Shown piece by piece: positions 10,126-19,385 of a stretch of DNA of 64,000 nt. The notes under the pieces are model-generated. The model saw nothing but the letters and a program-made list of their open reading frames with translations, had not been told where the DNA came from and did no database searches. The stretch spans positions 1,868 to 65,867 of the forward strand of contig JAQSCZ010000122.1 in NCBI GenBank assembly GCA_029945665.1, given 5' to 3'. How positions within the stretch are numbered: the first letter of the stretch is position 1; each line of letters starts with the position of its first letter. This DNA is from a bacterium (GTDB taxonomy: Bacteria; Bacteroidota; Bacteroidia; NS11-12g; UBA955). The position numbers and the translations under genes were made by a program.

Positions 10126-10932
10126 TTAGAGGAATAGAATCTTTATCAATGTAATTAATACAAAAACAACAAACACTATAGAAAGTGTTTTTGGTTTTAA
10201 GGTTTGTGCATATTTAACACCGTATCCTGATGCCAAGATTGCACTCGAAATAACAGGAATTAGTAGTGGCCAAACCAAATAACCGGTTTGATATTTAAAA
10301 TCTACAAACTGCATTGGCTTGATAGACCCATAGAAGATAATTAAAGGCATTGCAATAATTGGAATTACCGACAACGATAAACCTGTTGCAAACTTTATAG
10401 GCAATTTGAGTACTTTATTAAAATAAGGAACTAGAACAATCCCACCACCTAAGCCGCTTAAGGCAGTGACTAATCCGGCAAATAGCCCTGCGGGAATAAA
10501 TTTTCCTATTTTAGGAATCACTAATTCTGTAATCTCAGTCTTATTAGAAAAAAGCATTCTTATGGTTGTCAATATTAGGATGCCAGCAAATATATAATTG
10601 AACAATTGCGGATTGTTTATCCCATTGATATATATAAAATACGTTAGTATTAATGAAGAAACTGATGCAGAGATACCCGCAGCAAATGCAGAAGGAATAT
10701 GTGTGTTCTTTAATTTCAGTTGCTTAACTGTACCGCTGATACCAACCATAAATACAATAACTAAACTATTGGCCAAAGTATAAGCTACATTACCGTTTGA
10801 AATCTCATGATATACCAATAATTGTTGAATGACTGGTACGAATACAATGCCGCCTCCTACACCTAGCATCCCTGCTAAAAATCCCCCCACAAAACCAGCA
10901 AGTACTAATAATGATATTTCAATTAATGGCAA
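10126..10932 (-). CDS. TauE/SafE family sulfite/anion exporter membrane protein
   Basis: Two Gly-rich 'GxGGG' half-repeats (GMLGVGGGIVFVP, LSGLGGGIVLVP) characteristic of TauE/SafE. Confidence 0.75.
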   Translation of the reverse strand: MPLIEISLLVLAGFVGGFLAGMLGVGGGIVFVPVIQQLLVYHEISNGNVAYTLANSLVIVFMVGISGTVKQLKLKNTHIPSAFAAGISASVSSLILTYFIYINGINNPQLFNYIFAGILILTTIRMLFSNKTEITELVIPKIGKFIPAGLFAGLVTALSGLGGGIVLVPYFNKVLKLPIKFATGLSLSVIPIIAMPLIIFYGSIKPMQFVDFKYQTGYLVWPLLIPVISSAILASGYGVKYAQTLKPKTLSIVFVVFVLITLIKILFL

Positions 10933-10933
10933 A

Positions 10934-12571
10934 TTATTTAATGGTTAAAATGGATAGGTATTGCGCAAGATCATTTAACAAATTTATAGACTTTAAAACA
11001 TCTTTGTCAGAATTAAATGTAGATTCTATGACCGCCTCTTCATAATAATATCGCCTTGCTATTTCTGAACTTAGCATAGTCATAATTTCGACCTTGTTTT
11101 TCTCAAGATCATTCATTTTTATTTTCTTTATACTATTTTCAATTGACTCAATCTCATTTTTAAGAATCGCCAAATTATCTTCTTCTGCAACCTTTTCCTT
11201 AAATAATTTTAAAGCAGTTTCGCTGTTTGTGAAATAGTTAAAGTTTTGTGTGGTAATAAAATTCTTAAAATCAACAAAATCCTTTTCTGATATCTTGAAA
11301 TTACTGATATCTGCAATGGCTTCGTGTTCATTGCGATAGTGAGTTGCAAAATCAAAAATAAGATAATTTTTTTCTAAATTTTTACTCAGATTCGAGAGCT
11401 TACTTTCTGCAACTAACACATCTGGCTTAACGCCTCCTCCGTCATATACAACTCTGCCACTTTTCGTTTTAAAAGCCTTCCTTAAACTATCTGGCACAAT
11501 ACCTGCGCTTCCATCTGGATTCCGATGGCTATAATCAAGCAATTGTATGCAACGATTAGAGGGTATATAGTATTTGGCTATGGTTAATTTCATTTGCGTG
11601 CCGTAAGGCAAACCTTTGGTATTTTGAACTAAACCCTTGCCAAAGGTATTTCTGCCAATAACAACTCCTCTATCAAAGTCCTGAATGGCACCACAAACAA
11701 TTTCACTAGCGCTTGCGGAATGGCTATTAACTAAAACCACCAATGGAATTGTGGCATCTACCACTTGATCTAGGGTTTTATACTCTCTAAAAGCCTCATC
11801 TGCTCTGCCTTTAGTCGTAACAACTATTTGATTAATACCAATAAAAATATTAACAATACTAACTGCCTCATGCAATAAACCACCACCATTATCTCTTAGA
11901 TCGAGCACAATATTTTTCACGCCTCTTTGCTTAAGATTTACTAAAGCATCTTTCACTTCTTTGGCAGCTCCCATCATAAAATGATCTAATTTTATATACC
12001 CTATTTCAGCATTGACCAATCCAAAATAAGAAACATTTTTTAATTTAATATCTTCTCTTGTAATTTCTACTAGTTTTTTAATGCCATCTCGTTCAATTGT
12101 TAGCACTACCTTGGTATTAGGAGATCCTCTTAAGGCATCACTAGATTCTTCTAAACTTTTCCCAACAAAATTCTTTCCATTGACTTCTATCAACTTGTCG
12201 CCAACTCTTAGGCCTGCTTTATCTGCTGCTAGACCTCTATAAACAATATTAATGTATTGATAATCGCCCCGCTTTACACTGCTACAACCAATCCCTCCAT
12301 ATTCCCCACTTCGCATTATCATCGCATCTTCTGCCTGACTTTCAGTGTAAAAATTGGTGTATGGATCTAAAGAGCCCAACATGGCATCAATGCCCTTTTT
12401 CATCAATTCTCCAGGTTTTATATCATCTACATATCCCGTATGAATCTCTTTATATACCCCTCCAAAAATTTCAAGATTTTTACTGACTTCAAAATAATCA
12501 TCTGCTTGCTTAAAAGCAAAAATAAATAGGAGCCCAATTGAAATAATAAATAATTTCCGTTTTGAAAACAT
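10934..12571 (-). CDS. ctp: S41 family C-terminal processing peptidase (Ctp/Prc-like) with PDZ domain
   Basis: PDZ 'GLRVGDKLIEVNG', S41 core 'VLDLRDNGGGLL', and 'SASASEIVCGAIQD...GKGLVQ' with the catalytic Ser/Lys context. Confidence 0.9.
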   Translation of the reverse strand: MFSKRKLFIISIGLLFIFAFKQADDYFEVSKNLEIFGGVYKEIHTGYVDDIKPGELMKKGIDAMLGSLDPYTNFYTESQAEDAMIMRSGEYGGIGCSSVKRGDYQYINIVYRGLAADKAGLRVGDKLIEVNGKNFVGKSLEESSDALRGSPNTKVVLTIERDGIKKLVEITREDIKLKNVSYFGLVNAEIGYIKLDHFMMGAAKEVKDALVNLKQRGVKNIVLDLRDNGGGLLHEAVSIVNIFIGINQIVVTTKGRADEAFREYKTLDQVVDATIPLVVLVNSHSASASEIVCGAIQDFDRGVVIGRNTFGKGLVQNTKGLPYGTQMKLTIAKYYIPSNRCIQLLDYSHRNPDGSAGIVPDSLRKAFKTKSGRVVYDGGGVKPDVLVAESKLSNLSKNLEKNYLIFDFATHYRNEHEAIADISNFKISEKDFVDFKNFITTQNFNYFTNSETALKLFKEKVAEEDNLAILKNEIESIENSIKKIKMNDLEKNKVEIMTMLSSEIARRYYYEEAVIESTFNSDKDVLKSINLLNDLAQYLSILTIK

Positions 12572-12613
12572 TAAACAAATTTAACAACTTTTGGCTGAAA
12601 ATAAGAAAATATT

Positions 12614-13492
12614 TTAGTTGCGGTGATCCATTCCCCAAAGCATTTTATTGCGCAGGGTTTTCAAATAAGTATCGCCTTCAAAACGCACTAAATTGATTGA
12701 AAAATCAGCTTTCTTAATGGCTATTTGAACTTTATTGTCAATTGTCACAGAGCGACTATCCAAACTTGCTAAAAAATAATTACTCCTACCCTCTATTTCA
12801 AAACTCAATACTTGGTCATCTGGAATAATCACTGGACGAACATTGAGGTTATGAGGTGCAATTGGCGTTACAACAATACTTCCTGACTTAGGAAATAAAA
12901 TTGGCCCACCGCAACTTAAAGAATAACCAGATGAGCCAGTAGGAGTGGCTACGATTAAACCATCAGCCCAATATGAATTAAGGGGTTCTCCATTTAAGAA
13001 TGCGTGAACAATGATCATACTACTCGTTTCCTTTTTATGCAGAACGAAATCATTCATGGCGTAATTAAAATCAAACAATTGTTGGTTACTCTCTAATTGT
13101 AAAAGATTCCTTTTGTCAATTAAATAACTCCCGCGCTTTAATTGATTGAAAGCATCCTTTAATCCACTGGTATTAACATTGGCTAAAAACCCAAGTCGAC
13201 CCGTATTTACGCCAATTAAGGGAATGCCACTGTCGGATAAAATCTCAACGGCATCAAGTATGGTGCCATCCCCACCAATGCAGATAAGGTAGTCAATTAA
13301 TTTATTTTTACTAGATAACTTATCAAAAACTTCTTTGGTATTAATATCTAAATTAAAGTTTTTAAATTCCTTAATTAGATGTTCATGATAAAAAACAGTA
13401 ACTCCCTCTGAAATTAGAAACTCAATAATTTCTTGTACCAAATTTAATTGGTTATCTGAATTAATTACTTTTGAATACAGTCCTATTTTCAT
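12614..13492 (-). CDS. nadK: NAD+ kinase
   Basis: 'GGDGTIL' and 'NTGRLGFL' NAD-kinase signatures. 292 aa. Confidence 0.9.
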   Translation of the reverse strand: MKIGLYSKVINSDNQLNLVQEIIEFLISEGVTVFYHEHLIKEFKNFNLDINTKEVFDKLSSKNKLIDYLICIGGDGTILDAVEILSDSGIPLIGVNTGRLGFLANVNTSGLKDAFNQLKRGSYLIDKRNLLQLESNQQLFDFNYAMNDFVLHKKETSSMIIVHAFLNGEPLNSYWADGLIVATPTGSSGYSLSCGGPILFPKSGSIVVTPIAPHNLNVRPVIIPDDQVLSFEIEGRSNYFLASLDSRSVTIDNKVQIAIKKADFSINLVRFEGDTYLKTLRNKMLWGMDHRN

Positions 13493-13561
13493 GTTAGTTA
13501 ATCACAAAGGTAATTGATTTATATTGAGCCTTCAAAATTCCTATAAAGTTGCGAAGGCATA

Positions 13562-14080
13562 TTAAAATTCAAATCTCATCACTTGCGTTTGGAGCTTATT
13601 GCTTTTATGAAGCGCACGGTCGTATAATTGGAAAGTGTAGTACATAGAATCTGGAAATAAGCCAATATACGGAGATGCTTTAAGTAACAACCTAATTTCA
13701 CCACTTATTCCTTTTGATTTGCCCGTAGGTGTTAAATTTACAATCCTTTCATTATAGTTGAGTGTGTCAGCTGGGAAGGAGGGATTTGGAATTTTTGAAG
13801 CTATTCCATTTTCAATTTGAAATATTTCAATAATTAAGTTATTGTAATAAGGGGAGCCCTCATTAAAGGGTGAAATTGTATCTTCGGTATTCAAACCAAT
13901 ATCACCATCGCCATCAACATATGAAACTATAAAATTAACTGCCGAGTCTTTGCCCTTTAGCTTTAATTGTTCTACCAATTTGAACGATATACCAGGAATA
14001 ATAGAATCTTTATTAGCTTCCTGCTTGCAACTTGCAATAAAAATTAAAATGAATATAAATATACTATATTTTTGAGCCAT
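13562..14080 (-). CDS. Small lipoprotein with DGDGDIG motif (paralog of 31319..31783)
   Basis: Signal/lipobox MAQKYSIFIFILIFIASCKQ. Contains 'YVDGDGDIGLNTED' (DNA 13901-13918). Same architecture as the lipoprotein preceding the T9SS adhesin. Confidence 0.5.
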   Translation of the reverse strand: MAQKYSIFIFILIFIASCKQEANKDSIIPGISFKLVEQLKLKGKDSAVNFIVSYVDGDGDIGLNTEDTISPFNEGSPYYNNLIIEIFQIENGIASKIPNPSFPADTLNYNERIVNLTPTGKSKGISGEIRLLLKASPYIGLFPDSMYYTFQLYDRALHKSNKLQTQVMRFEF

Positions 14081-15062
14081 GCTTCTAAATCAGTTAGAAA
14101 AAGCGATTTTTACTGTTACCGATTCACAATTTGAACAGCTTGCACTTGAGGTATTTCGCCATCAAAGCAAACATTGTGAGGTGTTTAAGCAGTATTTGCA
14201 CTTTTTAAAATCTGACATAACAAAGATAAACAAGCTTGAAGAGATTCCCTATTTACCGATAGAATTTTTTAAACATTTTAAAATTACCACAGGGCATTTT
14301 TTACCGGAAATTGTTTTTGAAAGCAGCAGTACGAGTGGAATTGGAATTAGTAAGCACCATGTAAAGTCAACTTCATGGTACCAAACCGCATTTAATAAAA
14401 GTTTTGAATTTAATATACAAAAACCTGAATTATTCTGTCATTTAGCACTACTCCCATCCTACTTAGAGAGAGAGAATTCATCACTCGTTTTTCAAATTAA
14501 TGAATTTATTCAAAAGAGTAATTACAAAGAAAGTGGCTTTTTTTTATACAATCACCAAGAATTAGCAGAACGAATTAGACAAAACGAGGACCATCAAATA
14601 CCCACGATTTTGTGGGGTGTAACCTACGCGCTTATTAACTTTTCAGAAGCTTTCCATTTAGAACTCAAACACACCCAAATTATTGAAACAGGCGGCATGA
14701 AAGGAAAAAGAAAAGAAATTGTTAGAGATGAATTACATGCTTTATTAAAATCTGCATTTCAACTAAACGCCATAGGGGGAGAGTATGGCATGACGGAATT
14801 AATGAGTCAGGCCTATTCATTAAGCAATGGCTTATATCAATGTCCGCCTTGGATGAAGATAACAACCCGTGAAATCAATGACCCATTAACACCCATTAAT
14901 AATTACAAGAATGGGGTATTAAATATTATTGATTTGGCTAATTTAAACAGTTGCGCATTCATTGCAACTTCTGATATTGGAAAAGTGCACCCCAACGGCC
15001 AATTTGAAGTTTTAGGTAGACTCGACAACAGTGATACAAGAGGCTGTAATTTGCTGGTATAA
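14079..15062 (+). CDS. LuxE-like acyl-protein synthetase / adenylate-forming acyltransferase
   Basis: 'FESSSTSGIG' adenylation-type P-loop and 'IETGGMKGKRKE' match the LuxE/PaaK-like family common in Bacteroidetes polysaccharide loci. Confidence 0.5.
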   Translation: MLLNQLEKAIFTVTDSQFEQLALEVFRHQSKHCEVFKQYLHFLKSDITKINKLEEIPYLPIEFFKHFKITTGHFLPEIVFESSSTSGIGISKHHVKSTSWYQTAFNKSFEFNIQKPELFCHLALLPSYLERENSSLVFQINEFIQKSNYKESGFFLYNHQELAERIRQNEDHQIPTILWGVTYALINFSEAFHLELKHTQIIETGGMKGKRKEIVRDELHALLKSAFQLNAIGGEYGMTELMSQAYSLSNGLYQCPPWMKITTREINDPLTPINNYKNGVLNIIDLANLNSCAFIATSDIGKVHPNGQFEVLGRLDNSDTRGCNLLV

Positions 15063-16011
15063 TAAATATTTAAATCCTGCTTTGATAATAATTATTCAAC
15101 AACTAAAGACTTACATTAGCTCTCAAAAGATTGCGCATTGGCTTATACTACTAGTGTTTTGTACGATTAGTGTTTATGTAAATTATGGCTTAGGACTGCA
15201 AGAAAGAATCAATCAATTGAGCGGCTTAAAAGAATATGGAAGCTATGTTGCATTGTATGCTGTTCATTCAATTTTTGCATTTTTAGTCTATAGTATTTTA
15301 TATCAAAAATACGAGTTTTGGAAAGCCCCAGGATTTGTCATTTTATTAGTTTGCAGTTTTTTAATTTTTGCCCTGCGAGCAACCATATCTCAGCACTTTG
15401 ACTTAATTGAAGATTGGTCACGTGAGGGTCAAAAGAGAATCAATCAGTTTGTTTTTAACGATGTTTTTAGATTGCTTTGCATATTTATACCAATTTCACT
15501 CATTTGGTTACTTGTTGACAGAAAAACTATGCCCTTGTATGGTTTAACCCTAAAAAATCACAAGCCCAAGGTGTATTGGATTCTTTTGCTTTGTATGCTG
15601 CCATTAATAGCTGGAGCAAGCTGTTTGAGCGACTTTCTAAGTTATTATCCCAGATTACATATATTACAAAATTACAATCCACCAACCTGGAAATTATGGC
15701 TATTTGAACTATTTTACGGCATGGACTTTTCCTCAATTGAGCTCTTCTTTAGAGGTTTTTTAGTCATTGGTTTTGCTAAATATGTAGGTAGCAACAGCAT
15801 CCTTCCAATGGCTTGTTTCTATTTATCTATCCATTATGGAAAGCCTATGGGTGAGGCTATAAGCTCATTTTTTGGTGGTACAATTTTAGGTGTTATTTCT
15901 TACCATAGTGGTAGTATATTTGGCGGCATAATGGTACACGCTGGAATTGCATGGTTAATGGAAGCTGGTGGCGTTATTGGAAATTATATTAAAACATTAT
16001 GGGTGGATTAA
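15031..16011 (+). CDS. CPBP (CAAX protease) family intramembrane metalloprotease
   Basis: 'ELFFRGFLV' (EExxxR-type motif 1) plus distal His-containing helices. Polytopic. The start is uncertain because it overlaps the previous gene by 32 nt. Confidence 0.55.
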   Translation: MIQEAVICWYNKYLNPALIIIIQQLKTYISSQKIAHWLILLVFCTISVYVNYGLGLQERINQLSGLKEYGSYVALYAVHSIFAFLVYSILYQKYEFWKAPGFVILLVCSFLIFALRATISQHFDLIEDWSREGQKRINQFVFNDVFRLLCIFIPISLIWLLVDRKTMPLYGLTLKNHKPKVYWILLLCMLPLIAGASCLSDFLSYYPRLHILQNYNPPTWKLWLFELFYGMDFSSIELFFRGFLVIGFAKYVGSNSILPMACFYLSIHYGKPMGEAISSFFGGTILGVISYHSGSIFGGIMVHAGIAWLMEAGGVIGNYIKTLWVD

Positions 16012-17129
16012 AAATAATTGGTACAAACGCCTTGACATATCCAGAAATTAGAAATTTTGCAGGACATGCATATACCAATTTTCGTTTCAAAAAAGTTTTT
16101 GACTTCTATAAATTTCCCGCTTATTTTCTTTTTAAACTAAAAGGGTTAATTAATCGAAAATGGCTGAATAGCTATATGGATTTGGGCTTAAATAAAGTTA
16201 GTTTCTATCATTTTTTCAATGTCATTAACTTAGGTAACAAGCCCACCATTATAACCTTTGAAACCAGTTTGCCCAGATGGAATGATACAACTAATGATTT
16301 TAAAAATGGCCTTGAAATAATCGCCAAAAAAAATTGTGTTCAACTAATCGCTCTTTCTCAATCGGCCTATGATAGACAGGCAATGGTTTGCAAAAAATAC
16401 AGGCCAGATTTATTACATAAGATAATGGCTAAAAACCGTGTGATTTTGCCACCCCAAATTAATTTCATTAACCATATTAATGAAAAAAGGGAGCCTGGAA
16501 AATTCATTATTTTTACTATTGTCGGGGCCGATTTTTTCAGAAAAGGTGGGCAAGCTATTTTGAATGCTTTTGAAGAATTAATTACACAAAACCAACCAAT
16601 TCATCTAAATATTGTAAGCACGCTTAACTATGGCGACTATGCCTCGAAAACAAATATTGAAGATTTTGAATTGGCCGTAAAATTGATTCAAAAATACCCC
16701 AATCATATTTCACACTTCAAATCGCTTTCAAACGAATCTGTAAAAACGCTGCTATTAGATACAGATGTTGCACTTTTGCCTAGTATTGCCGAAACTTTTG
16801 GTTATTTTATATTAGAGGCTCAAGCGGCAGGTTGTCCTGTGATTACAACGGATATAAGGGCAATGCCGGAAATAAACAGTATAGAAACCGGTTGGTTAAT
16901 CCCAATTAGAAAAGCGAATAGTGACGAAGCTGAAATAGATAATCCAACGGCTTTAATATCCAAAATAAGCATTCATTTATGCCAAATAATTAATGAAATA
17001 TTGGCAGAGCCAAGCATTGTCAGAGAAAAAGGCGCTAAAGCTTTAAATAATATTATAAAAAATCACTCGCCAATGCATCACCAAGCATTGCTCGAATCTA
17101 TTTATACTTCAATCTTACAAAATGAGTAA
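15999..17129 (+). CDS. Glycosyltransferase family 1 (GT4-type, GT-B)
   Basis: C-terminal 'LPSIAETFGYFILEAQAAGCPVITTD' E-x7-E motif region. Confidence 0.75.
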   Translation: MGGLKIIGTNALTYPEIRNFAGHAYTNFRFKKVFDFYKFPAYFLFKLKGLINRKWLNSYMDLGLNKVSFYHFFNVINLGNKPTIITFETSLPRWNDTTNDFKNGLEIIAKKNCVQLIALSQSAYDRQAMVCKKYRPDLLHKIMAKNRVILPPQINFINHINEKREPGKFIIFTIVGADFFRKGGQAILNAFEELITQNQPIHLNIVSTLNYGDYASKTNIEDFELAVKLIQKYPNHISHFKSLSNESVKTLLLDTDVALLPSIAETFGYFILEAQAAGCPVITTDIRAMPEINSIETGWLIPIRKANSDEAEIDNPTALISKISIHLCQIINEILAEPSIVREKGAKALNNIIKNHSPMHHQALLESIYTSILQNE

Positions 17130-18402
17130 ACGCATATTTTGGATATTGGCCATAGGTTTGCATTTTTTATTTTTGTTAATGCAACTATTGGGGCATACAA
17201 CGATGCTACAGGATACCAAAGAATATCTCTTTGCGGCAGACAACTTGATCCAATATCATCAACTCTATTGTAACGACTTTAGCGCGCCTTTAAATCCAGA
17301 TTATTTAACCAAAAGACCCTTTTTATACCCTGCTATTTTAGCAATCTTTAGATTAATCAGTTTTGAAAACAATTCTATTTTTTTAGCCATTGTTTTAATA
17401 ATTCAAAACTGCGTAAGTTTATTTAATCTAAAAATAATGCTAAAAATTGTTAGCCATTTTAAAGGTGATGTGAACTATCTCTATGCTTTTATCTTATTAA
17501 TAATTACACCAGCACAATTGATTTATGCGAATCTAATTATGACTGAAATATGGCTTCAATTCATCATCTTAATGCTACTTAACTATTTTCTATTTTACCG
17601 GGATAGTAAAAAATGGCAAGTATACGCTTCAATTTTATGCATTGCTGGCATTGCATTAAAACCGGTTATCATATTTTTAGCGCTTATTTTTCCTGCATTA
17701 ATAATTTATTTTTATTATAAAAAATTAAATTTGAGACTCATTGTGATAAGTATACTACCCGCAATTTTTGTGCTATTAACCATTCAATGGAATGCGAAAC
17801 GAACAGGTTCTTATCAATATTCTGCTATTAGCACCATTAATCTTTTACATTACAATGCTTATACCCTTTTAATTCATGAGGAAGGCATTTCTAAAGCGGA
17901 TTCAACTATAGACGATATCACAAAACAGTCGTTGCAGAGAGCAAGTTACAGTGAGCAACAAAAATACAAGGAAAAAGCTGCCAAAAGCATAATTGGTAAT
18001 CATATTGGAGCCTATACTTATCTGCATCTAAGAGGCGCATTTTTATGTTTACTTGACCCAGGAAGATTTGACATCACGCAATTTTTCAACTTACCACATA
18101 CACAAAATTTGGTTTACGAAGCCAGTAAAAAAAACAACAAGCTGCAACTTGTTAAAAGCTTTATAAACCCACTTGGCATTGTTTTAATAGGCCTCTTTGC
18201 TTGCAATATTTTTAAACTGATTTTCGGAGTTAAATTTATCTTCTCAAAGCATACCAAATCACTTAATAAATTTTTACTATTACTATTTCCTTTATATATT
18301 ATATTAATTACTGGACCAATAGGAAGTAGTCGATTTGCCATACCATTTATACCAATATATTTTGCTATTATTTTAATTACTTTAAGTCGGGGTAAAGTTT
18401 AA
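17122..18402 (+). CDS. Polytopic membrane protein, possible Wzy-like polymerase or GT-C glycosyltransferase
   Basis: 426 aa, 10 or more hydrophobic helices, sits in the polysaccharide locus. I did not recognise a diagnostic motif. Confidence 0.35.
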   Translation: MSKRIFWILAIGLHFLFLLMQLLGHTTMLQDTKEYLFAADNLIQYHQLYCNDFSAPLNPDYLTKRPFLYPAILAIFRLISFENNSIFLAIVLIIQNCVSLFNLKIMLKIVSHFKGDVNYLYAFILLIITPAQLIYANLIMTEIWLQFIILMLLNYFLFYRDSKKWQVYASILCIAGIALKPVIIFLALIFPALIIYFYYKKLNLRLIVISILPAIFVLLTIQWNAKRTGSYQYSAISTINLLHYNAYTLLIHEEGISKADSTIDDITKQSLQRASYSEQQKYKEKAAKSIIGNHIGAYTYLHLRGAFLCLLDPGRFDITQFFNLPHTQNLVYEASKKNNKLQLVKSFINPLGIVLIGLFACNIFKLIFGVKFIFSKHTKSLNKFLLLLFPLYIILITGPIGSSRFAIPFIPIYFAIILITLSRGKV

Positions 18403-18643
18403 AAAATTAGTTAAATATGGTATATTTTCATTTTGTTAAAAGCAAAAGTGCCTAATACAATTGCTTACTTTCCAAATCCATTGAATAGATTTAAATAAAA
18501 CGGCTATGGATTCACTAAATTAAAAATTTACAACACATTGAACTAAATTGTAAAACTGGAAAATAAAGCTAATGATGAAAATGGATAACTGAGTTTTGAA
18601 GCTAGGCTTTATGTTTCAATAACTATTTTCAAGTTGATTAAAC

Positions 18644-19381
18644 TTAAACTTTGTTGGAATTAATAACTTTTGTAAAATCAATTTTATTAAACAACTTACT
18701 TTGTAACACTTCTGTATTTAATTCAAGATGGTTAACACTATGGGCATCTGTACCTAAAAAACTGTAGTGTCCATTTTGAATTAACCATTGGGCTAATTTT
18801 TTTGCACCTGGTGAATAATAACCAATAAGAGACAATAAATTGATTTGAAATTTAATCCCTGTTTCAAGGATTTTTTCTACTTGCTCATAATTATTTTGCA
18901 AATACACATAGCGCTCAGGATGTGCAAATACTGGGGAATAACCTTGAGTTCTTAAATCAAATACAAGCTCCGTGAAAAAAATCGGTTTATTTAAAAAAGA
19001 GGTTTCTACAAGCACGTATTCCTTGTCGAAGGTCATTAGTTTTTCTCTGTTCTTTACCCTGTCAAGAAAATACTCATCCATATAATACTCCGCTGCGAAA
19101 TCTATTTCGAGAGGAATCCCATTACTAGAAAATGCTGCATTTAAAAGGTTTCTTTTTTCTCCTATTATTTCAGGGGTATTCTCGTAATAATTAGCCATTA
19201 TGTGAGGCGTAGCAATGATTTTTGAGTAACCTAAATCAACAAAATAATTTGCCATTATTAAAGAATTTTCAATTGTTTTTGAACCATCATCAATTCCAAA
19301 TAAGATGTGATTATGCATGTCCCACTTTAAAGGGGAAATACTGCTCGCTTTCTTTGAAAAGAATCGATCTAAAAAACCCAT
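18644..19381 (-). CDS. cpsB: PHP-domain protein-tyrosine phosphatase CpsB/YwqE-type
   Basis: Hallmark 'DMHNHILFGIDDG' metal-binding motif. 245 aa. Confidence 0.8.
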   Translation of the reverse strand: MGFLDRFFSKKASSISPLKWDMHNHILFGIDDGSKTIENSLIMANYFVDLGYSKIIATPHIMANYYENTPEIIGEKRNLLNAAFSSNGIPLEIDFAAEYYMDEYFLDRVKNREKLMTFDKEYVLVETSFLNKPIFFTELVFDLRTQGYSPVFAHPERYVYLQNNYEQVEKILETGIKFQINLLSLIGYYSPGAKKLAQWLIQNGHYSFLGTDAHSVNHLELNTEVLQSKLFNKIDFTKVINSNKV

Positions 19382-19385
19382 TCCA

